From sequence record SRR31156797_5219: 64,000 nucleotides of DNA, one strand, 5' to 3'. Positions 56,978-64,000 of the stretch are shown here, piece by piece. The notes below the pieces were generated by a model. It had not been told where the DNA came from. It searched no databases and saw only the letters and a program-made list of their open reading frames with translations. Within the stretch, counting starts at the first letter, position 1, and each line of letters starts with the position of its first letter. The translations under genes and the position numbers were made by a program.

Positions 56978-59900
56978 TTATTCAGAAATAAGTTTCTGCA
57001 ATTTTGACAACATCTTTTTAATGTTCTGTATCTCCAGGCTATCTATAAAATATTCCAAACGCCCGGCAATTTCAATGAGCGAGTCGATTTTGCCCTGCTC
57101 ACCTTTCTCTTTTAGGACAAGAATAAGTTCCCCTATATAATCAAAATCAACGATACCGGAGTAATCATTCAGCATCGCCACGAGCTCGTCGTCTATGTTC
57201 TCTTTAACAACTTCGCACTGGATGTCATCATCATCAGCACCAATATCCTGTAACGCATCATCGACAAGCTTTGTCTCAACTTTTAAAAAGCGTGATAAAA
57301 CATACATCAGTCTGCTTGATATAATTGGTTTAACTAGTATAGCATCGAATGAATCGTATTCCTTTATTTTTTCATGCATCGACACCATCAAGATGGTCTT
57401 ACTCTTCTCTCCTGAGGCGTTAGCAAACATGCTTCTCGCTTTCTCAACAGTACCAACACCCGCCAGCCTGTCTGACATCAGGATAATATCTGGCTGTGCT
57501 TCTTTCGCTATAAAGCTCGCAGACATAGCGTTCTCAGCCTCGATAACCTGCACACCGGAATTATGCAGCATTTCGCTTAATATATTCCGGCTGAGCCCGT
57601 CATCAACAATAAGAACTTTCGCACGCTTGAATATATAGCTTATGCCACCCTGAACATCTTCCTGAACGACCGTCTCGCTTTTAACAACTTTCGGAAGGAT
57701 CAGGCTGAACTTGCTGCCTTCCCCTACAACACTCTCCAGCTCTATTCCGCCGCCCATAATATCCATCAGCTTAGAGGCGATAGACAGCCCCAGCCCGGTT
57801 CCGCCATATTTATTAACATTCTGCCCCGTTCTCTGTCTGAACGGTCTGAAAATATCCTCAAATTCTTCCTCTGGAATACCGATACCTGTATCCTGCACCT
57901 CTATGATCAGATCAATCATGTTTTCGGGGCGTTTTTTTGAGATAACATTTATGAATATTCCACCCTCTTCGGTAAACTTGACAGCATTGCCTATAAGGTT
58001 TAAAAGAACCTGCCTTAGCCTTGCGATATCAAGCATAAGCGATTTCGGAGTGCTTTCGTTAATGAAGTAGCCTATAGTTACCCCTGAGTTTTCAGCCTTA
58101 TATCTGAACATCCGCACAAGATCATCCAGAAGGATTTTAATGCTCGCCGGAGCCAGCACTGCTTCGTCATCCACAGATTCAAGCTTAGATATATCGAGAA
58201 TATCATTGATCAGTGTCAACAGCGCCTTACCGCTTGTTTTGATCGAATTAAGATATGACTGCCCCTTCTCATCGACAATCTTTGACGTAAGAAGCTCACT
58301 GAAACCTATAACAGCGTTGAGCGGTGTTCGTATCTCGTGGCTGATATTTGCGAGGAACTCACTTTTAGCTTTATCCGCCTTCTCAGCATCATCTTTTGCC
58401 TTTTGAAGATTAGCCTCGTGGAGTTTCCTCTCAGTGATATCTCTACCTGTTCCGTACACTCTATTGTTTGCTTTATCTGCGGTAAATGACCATGATATCC
58501 ACCTGATTTTGCCGTCTTTCGCTTTGTGCTTCGATTCAAAGTCAGCAACATCCTCTTCTTTCAAAAGTTCCCGATAAGCTCTGCGAAGCTGAACCGCATC
58601 AGCTCTATTTATTACATTCAGAAGATTTTCGCCTTCCCACTCACTTGTGTCGTAACCGAGAAGATCCTCTAAGGCTGAATTGAAGTAAAAAACCGTTCCG
58701 TTATAATCTGTAATCCCTATAATATCACGGCTGAGCTCAAAAATACCGTCACGCTCCCGCCTCGTAAGCTCTGCCTCAGTAATGTTTACCACACTGGCAA
58801 CTATCGTCTCTGGGAGACCTTCGTCTCTTATCAGAGCAGCATTCACGGATGCTATCACCGGTTCGCCGGCTTTGGTTACATACCTTTTTATAAGCTCATG
58901 CTGGCTATCTTTATTTTCGATAAGCCTTTTAAAAGAAGCTGTTGTGAGAGCTATATCATCCGGATGGGTAAGAGCGTACACTGACTCACCCTCAAGCTCC
59001 TCTTCAACATAGCCGAGCATCTCTGCAAAAGCATCGTTAGCCTCTATTATCTCGCCAGTAAGAGTTATCAGAAGCATACCGTGCACCGTTGACTCAAAAG
59101 CGGTACGAAACCTTACCTCACTCTCTTTAAGCTGAAGGGTACGCAGGTTTACTTTATTCTCAAGCTCAGTATTCAAAAGGCTGATAGTCCTCTCAGTCTC
59201 CTTTCTCTCCCGCAGACGCCAAACACCTTCCATAAAGTGAACAAGCCCCAGCGACTCTGCCTGAGTGTATCTGGAGCCTTTTCCGTATACAGCTAAAATA
59301 AGCCTCAGCTCACCCTGTGCGAGTATAGGGATATACGCACCATATTCGTTATATTCTTCTGTTCCTGAATCTATGTTAGGTACAAGAAATGCCTCTCTGT
59401 TTTTCAAAATAGGCTCTTTCTTCTCTATTAGCTCTTTGATATCGGAAAAATCATCTAAAAACAGCTCTCTATGTTCGCACAGTTCGGTAATACTGCTTGT
59501 CGGATGTTTAACAGCTATCGGAATCAAACTATTACCGACCTCTTCATATGACGCTATATACCCACCCTGGCTTCTTGTCTGCTCTATGGCACTTTCAAGA
59601 GAGTATTCTAGTATCTCTTCGAAATCTGCTTCATACATCTGCCCGAGCACAGCTAGAGCTTTATGCCTCTGCTCATTCATCCTTTCAAGATACTTAGCCT
59701 CTTTACTATCAGTGATATCCTTAGCAAACACTACAAAGCGGTCATCTGAACCGTCATCTGATTTAACTGGTGAAATACGAATACTAAACCAGCCCTTTCC
59801 GTTATAGTCTTCGTACTGCACCGATTCACCGGATTTTACTACATTCTGAAATATCACCCTTCGCTCTTTCGTATGAAATGTTTCAGGAAAGCTCCACACA

Positions 59901-60748
59901 TACTCACCAATAATCTCATCCTGCGTCTTATTAACAGTCATTGCGAAATGAGAATTACAGTCCAAAACTCTCCCTAAACTATCAAGCATCAGGACAATGT
60001 CCTCAGATGCGTCAACAATAGCCCGGAGGGATGATTCCGACTTTCTTAGGGCTGTTTCTATCTGATACAGGTCAGTAATATCATTTGCGATACTATTTAT
60101 ATACTCTAACTCGCTGGATTCATTATAGTGCATATTTATAGTCCAGTAGAGATGGTGTGTCTTGCCAGTGCCATCTATCTGACGGTTTATAAAATGCGCT
60201 TTTCTGACTCTTTCGCTCACCCAGCCGCTAAAAGCTTTCATAGTCCGCTCTTTGTCATCAGGGTGTATGTAGTCAAAGGCAGCCTTGCCAATCAGCTCAT
60301 CACGGCTGTAGCCAAACAGCTTTTCTGAGGCTTTGTTCACATAAGTAAAGTTACCCGACTTATCAACTTGAGTTGTAATGTTCTCAGTACCCTCGATAAA
60401 TTCCTGATAAAGACTTTTGCTTGTCGATTTAATGTTACTGGTTATGAATCTGTTTATCTCGAAATCAGATATAGGCGGAAAGGTGAAGTGTACATTGTCT
60501 GCATTCGCAAAGTGGTTTTTCAACTCATTATTTTCGCTTCCGCATACGAGCAGAAGGTAGTTAACATTTTTCTCAATCTCTTTAGCGAGAGAGAACCCAC
60601 CCGCACAGTCGAATACTACAAAGTCGTAATTATTGGCAGATTTATAGTGGTCAAAATCGAAAATATCCGCACCAACAGATAAGCTGTTACTGCAAAGCTT
60701 TTTCGGAGAATCAGAAATAATTGCTATCTTTATGCCAGAACTTATCAT
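56978..60748 (-). CDS. Multi-PAS/GAF hybrid histidine kinase
   Basis: Several PAS repeats (IHPDD, THPDD), SHEIRTPLN, NLIGNAVKFT, GGTGLGL, C-terminal REC-like domain. Confidence 0.93.
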   Translation of the reverse strand: MISSGIKIAIISDSPKKLCSNSLSVGADIFDFDHYKSANNYDFVVFDCAGGFSLAKEIEKNVNYLLLVCGSENNELKNHFANADNVHFTFPPISDFEINRFITSNIKSTSKSLYQEFIEGTENITTQVDKSGNFTYVNKASEKLFGYSRDELIGKAAFDYIHPDDKERTMKAFSGWVSERVRKAHFINRQIDGTGKTHHLYWTINMHYNESSELEYINSIANDITDLYQIETALRKSESSLRAIVDASEDIVLMLDSLGRVLDCNSHFAMTVNKTQDEIIGEYVWSFPETFHTKERRVIFQNVVKSGESVQYEDYNGKGWFSIRISPVKSDDGSDDRFVVFAKDITDSKEAKYLERMNEQRHKALAVLGQMYEADFEEILEYSLESAIEQTRSQGGYIASYEEVGNSLIPIAVKHPTSSITELCEHRELFLDDFSDIKELIEKKEPILKNREAFLVPNIDSGTEEYNEYGAYIPILAQGELRLILAVYGKGSRYTQAESLGLVHFMEGVWRLRERKETERTISLLNTELENKVNLRTLQLKESEVRFRTAFESTVHGMLLITLTGEIIEANDAFAEMLGYVEEELEGESVYALTHPDDIALTTASFKRLIENKDSQHELIKRYVTKAGEPVIASVNAALIRDEGLPETIVASVVNITEAELTRRERDGIFELSRDIIGITDYNGTVFYFNSALEDLLGYDTSEWEGENLLNVINRADAVQLRRAYRELLKEEDVADFESKHKAKDGKIRWISWSFTADKANNRVYGTGRDITERKLHEANLQKAKDDAEKADKAKSEFLANISHEIRTPLNAVIGFSELLTSKIVDEKGQSYLNSIKTSGKALLTLINDILDISKLESVDDEAVLAPASIKILLDDLVRMFRYKAENSGVTIGYFINESTPKSLMLDIARLRQVLLNLIGNAVKFTEEGGIFINVISKKRPENMIDLIIEVQDTGIGIPEEEFEDIFRPFRQRTGQNVNKYGGTGLGLSIASKLMDIMGGGIELESVVGEGSKFSLILPKVVKSETVVQEDVQGGISYIFKRAKVLIVDDGLSRNILSEMLHNSGVQVIEAENAMSASFIAKEAQPDIILMSDRLAGVGTVEKARSMFANASGEKSKTILMVSMHEKIKEYDSFDAILVKPIISSRLMYVLSRFLKVETKLVDDALQDIGADDDDIQCEVVKENIDDELVAMLNDYSGIVDFDYIGELILVLKEKGEQGKIDSLIEIAGRLEYFIDSLEIQNIKKMLSKLQKLISE

Positions 60749-60811
60749 AAGTAAAGATAACCCTCTGAGTCGTAACTATCAAATATATTTGCTAAATATT
60801 ATAAAAACAGG

Positions 60812-62353
60812 TCAGTTTTTAAGGTTGATACGAAATAATGCACCGTCGCCTGTATTTTCAGCATCGATGGTTCCTTGCATATGTTCTTCGATAAATACTT
60901 TTGACATATAGAGACCTATCCCTGTCCCTTTCTGAACATCTTTTGTAGTAAAATACGGCTCGAAAACTCTCCCCAGTATACTCTGCGGAATCCCGCCGCC
61001 ATTGTCTATCATTTCAACATTAAGGGATGAAGTATCATCAAGAAAAGTATTTATCCTTATGCACCCTTTGGATATCTTGCCGGAGGTAAGTCTCTCCGTA
61101 ATAGCGTCTTTAGCGTTAGACATCACATGCAGAAGCACCTGTTTGAATACACCAGAGTCACCTTTTACAACCAGCTTGCCATCATCAGGATCTGAGACAC
61201 TGTTGCTCGTATCAATGAAAATACCTGCGTCTCCGTAGCCTTCTTCAACAAGAGAGGTTACTTCACGGACAGCTGTAAGTATATTAAACTCACTGCTTGT
61301 CTCTTCGCCGGAGCGCACCATATTTTTAAAATCATCTATCGTATTTGACATATGCAGGATGAGTTTCAGTGATTTACTGACCACATCATCAAGATATTCT
61401 CTCGATATTCCACCCTCGTCAAATTCATCTGAAAGATCCTGAATAACAAACCCAAGAGAATTAAGTGGCTGTCTCCACTGATGTGAGATAGCGCTGAGCA
61501 TCTGCCCCATCGCAACAAGCTTACTCTGCTCGTGCAGGACATGCTCACTCTTTCTACGGTTCTCCGTCTCGACCTCAACCCTATGCTCAAGAGTTTCATT
61601 CAGCTCTTCTAAAACCTGCTTCTGCTGAACGAGGAGTTTTTCAATCTTCTTCCTCTCGCTGATTTCATTTTCTAAAAGGGTGTTGGTAGCTTTCAGCTCT
61701 TTTGTTCTCGATTCAACCTCAGCTTCAAGTTTTTCATTAAAGCTTTTAAGGTGAACCTCAGACTGCTCAAGCCTCTTTACGCTACTGCTGAGGAGATCGT
61801 TGGATGTCCTGTTTCTGCTGTATAGCTCAAAGCTCTCAAGGAGGTGAGCTGTATTATTCATAACCACGGTAATCAGTGAGAATACCGCATCCGGTACATC
61901 TTCTTTATTTACATCGAGAAGGCATACAAACATGCCTCTTGTTCTTGAAATAGTTGAAAGCGCATGAATAAGCAGTGTACCGCCAAGGATTTTACTATTA
62001 ACAGTAATAGACCTGTTCGCCTTAACTGCGAGCGCAAATGTGTTGTCCATGATGAGCTTATCTGTTTCGTTTATAAGGTCGTCACGGCTGTCGTCAGGGA
62101 AGAATTTCGCTGGGGTAAAGAAACCGCTGCTCTCATCAACAAGGAGGAAACCAGCAGATTTTATACCTGCAAGTTTTGATACTTTTTTATATGCACGCTC
62201 AATAATTGAATCCGTACTATCCAGCTTATTAAGGCTGGTAGTAAGGTCATCAACCTCAACAACATGCTCTAACGCTTTAATAGAATTGACTTTGTCCTGA
62301 GTGAGAAATTCAACCTTCTCCTCAAGAAACAAAAGCCTGTCTTTATCATTCAT
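60812..62353 (-). CDS. Cytoplasmic histidine kinase with GAF-like N-terminus
   Basis: SHQWRQPLN, DNGGGI, FEPYFTTK, GTGIGLY. Confidence 0.9.
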   Translation of the reverse strand: MNDKDRLLFLEEKVEFLTQDKVNSIKALEHVVEVDDLTTSLNKLDSTDSIIERAYKKVSKLAGIKSAGFLLVDESSGFFTPAKFFPDDSRDDLINETDKLIMDNTFALAVKANRSITVNSKILGGTLLIHALSTISRTRGMFVCLLDVNKEDVPDAVFSLITVVMNNTAHLLESFELYSRNRTSNDLLSSSVKRLEQSEVHLKSFNEKLEAEVESRTKELKATNTLLENEISERKKIEKLLVQQKQVLEELNETLEHRVEVETENRRKSEHVLHEQSKLVAMGQMLSAISHQWRQPLNSLGFVIQDLSDEFDEGGISREYLDDVVSKSLKLILHMSNTIDDFKNMVRSGEETSSEFNILTAVREVTSLVEEGYGDAGIFIDTSNSVSDPDDGKLVVKGDSGVFKQVLLHVMSNAKDAITERLTSGKISKGCIRINTFLDDTSSLNVEMIDNGGGIPQSILGRVFEPYFTTKDVQKGTGIGLYMSKVFIEEHMQGTIDAENTGDGALFRINLKN

Positions 62354-63603
62354 CTATTCACCGAAAAAAATACATCCTCTATCTCTTCTATCTGTCTTTC
62401 CGACTGATTGACGATAGGCTGTATAACGGAAGGGGATAGCCCGAGGCTGTCCCATATTTTTTCATTTATAGTAGGAACCACTGTTGATATGGAAACCGGA
62501 GCACCGAAAGCTATCGAAAGCACATCAGCGATATTTATAATCGAAGGCTCGATATCAACCGGGGCTTCTGTATGGTGGAATCTTACATTTTTTATCAGTT
62601 TAGCAGGGAATTTCCACTTCTCCATAAGGGTGCTTCCAACGTCAGCATGTTCGAATCCGAAAACATCCTTTTCAATCTTTGAAAGCGGAACAGACTCAGA
62701 CATACTCCTGTAAAGTGAATACGCCGAATGCTCCGGCATTGAACGGAAGATAACAAGCCTGCCGACATCATGCAGCAGACCGGAGACAAAAAGCCTCTCG
62801 GTAGAAACGCCATCAACATAAGTTCCGAGCAGTCTTGCAAAAACACCGCACGCAATCGAATGTCTCCAGAAAAGTCTCATATTCGTAAGCTGATTAGGTA
62901 TGCCCTTAAAAGCTTCTATGGCAGAGATGCCAACAGCAAGTGTCGCAAGCTCTTTTGTGCCTATAATAGTGATCGCTCTGTGTATAGAATCTATTTTAGA
63001 AGGGAAACTGTAAAAAGCGCTGTTAACTATCTTCAGAAGCTTAGCTGAAAGGCTAGTATCCTTCTCTACAACATCAGCCATGTGTGACGCTGAGCTTTTC
63101 GGCGAGTTAAGCACTTCGTTAATCTTATAGTAAATATCAGGAAATGATGCGAGACCAACCTCTTTGCTGATTATCCAGCTTGCTGACATCTTCGCTTTAT
63201 CAAGAACTTCAGGCACTTCGACCTTTGCTATAGCTGTCTCTTTAAGAGCTTCCTCAAGCTTTACTTCGCCGCTCCTGAGAGCACCAGCGACCGTAAGCTT
63301 GTTAAGCCTGTACACTTCTTTGGTTACACCCACTGAGAGGTCCGTATTTTTGTAGTTTTGTTCGAGTATTTTCTCAGCCGCTTCGATAATCTCTTCAGAA
63401 AACTCAGACTCAGCTTCACTGTCCAGCACGCTCTTGTCAACGCCCTCAACAAAAGCCTCTGTAATACCCCACGAGCGGGCAATCTTGATATGCTTAGTCT
63501 CAAATATCGCACCTGCACCGAGCAGGAAGCGACCATTCGGGCAGACAAGATCTTGCTCCAGCGCCATACCGGGTTTTATATCATCAATGTAAACTAGTCC
63601 CAT
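62350..63603 (-). CDS. HDOD domain protein
   Basis: LASFPDIY, IVNSAFY, FWRHS, GLLHDVG. Confidence 0.9.
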   Translation of the reverse strand: MGLVYIDDIKPGMALEQDLVCPNGRFLLGAGAIFETKHIKIARSWGITEAFVEGVDKSVLDSEAESEFSEEIIEAAEKILEQNYKNTDLSVGVTKEVYRLNKLTVAGALRSGEVKLEEALKETAIAKVEVPEVLDKAKMSASWIISKEVGLASFPDIYYKINEVLNSPKSSASHMADVVEKDTSLSAKLLKIVNSAFYSFPSKIDSIHRAITIIGTKELATLAVGISAIEAFKGIPNQLTNMRLFWRHSIACGVFARLLGTYVDGVSTERLFVSGLLHDVGRLVIFRSMPEHSAYSLYRSMSESVPLSKIEKDVFGFEHADVGSTLMEKWKFPAKLIKNVRFHHTEAPVDIEPSIINIADVLSIAFGAPVSISTVVPTINEKIWDSLGLSPSVIQPIVNQSERQIEEIEDVFFSVNR

Positions 63604-63676
63604 TTGTTCATATACCTAATTATAGTTACCTTTCTATAGCATATCTGCTCACGTGAAACAATCCATTAATTGCAAA

Positions 63677-64000
63677 TCAGCCGTAGTAAAGGATTATCGT
63701 GAACTTCGCTCCGCCTTCAATATTATCGGCCTTCAGAAGACCGTCCATATGCTCTTCTATCATCACCTTAGACATGTAAAGTCCTATACCTGTACCTTCG
63801 CCTTCCGGTTTGGTTGTATAGTAAGGATCAAATATGCTTATGAGACTGTCTTCCGGTATATTTCCACCATCATTACTGATTTCGATAACCACTCTGGTTT
63901 CTTCGAAAACAACTCTTAAATTAATACTTCCATCAATTTTAACAAGCTTTGATCTCTGTTCAGAGATAGCATCCCTAGCATTCTGAAGGATATTCAGCAA
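63677..64000 (-). CDS. Histidine kinase HATPase C-terminus (gene starts beyond the right edge)
   Basis: NILQNARDAI, NDGGNI, FDPYYTTK, GTGIGLY. Confidence 0.88.
   Translation of the reverse strand: MLNILQNARDAISEQRSKLVKIDGSINLRVVFEETRVVIEISNDGGNIPEDSLISIFDPYYTTKPEGEGTGIGLYMSKVMIEEHMDGLLKADNIEGGAKFTIILYYG

Noticed and set aside
1-64000. Selenoprotein (in-frame UGA readthrough) suggested by selC
   Set aside because: No gene appeared split at a UGA in a Cys-equivalent position; not exhaustively tested without a bSECIS search.
1-64000. CRISPR arrays, IS elements, rRNA, long tandem repeats
   Set aside because: None visible; intergenic regions are short and non-repetitive.

Overview
Gene-dense bacterial chromosome segment, mostly minus-strand. 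Protein styles suggest an anaerobic, motile Gram-negative bacterium, possibly Deferribacterota (tentative impression only). Left to right: (1) the 5' end of a canonical flagellin (missed by the ORF track) and a divergent flagellin paralogue, with near-identical sigma28-like promoters and a CsrA-type leader; (2) an Fe-S aldo/keto reductase and a Tat-lipoprotein metallophosphoesterase; (3) a ~21.7 kb, 16-gene operon behind a Fur box, encoding a 1071-aa lipoprotein, a TonB-dependent transporter, an atypical ABC module, a TtpB/TtpC/ExbB/ExbD/TonB/TPR energiser, an M16 (PqqL-like) protease and a YejABEF-like peptide importer; (4) a sigma54-driven multiheme cytochrome c with its two-component system next to tRNA-Sec; (5) a pseudo-kinase/RR/HDOD/PP2C signalling module and housekeeping genes (ubiE/menG, short UbiD-like, TauE, nth, larC); (6) a cytoplasmic, F9/DosM-type chemosensory operon led by ParA and a lidless Hsp70, with a CZB domain inserted in the double-tipped receptor and a multi-Hpt, MshEN-like CheA; (7) gmhB and a run of HK/HDOD/DGC signalling genes. 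No CRISPR array, IS or integrase was seen. The best candidates for an undescribed system are the Fur-regulated import-and-digest operon and the Hsp70/ParA/CZB-DosM chemosensory operon.
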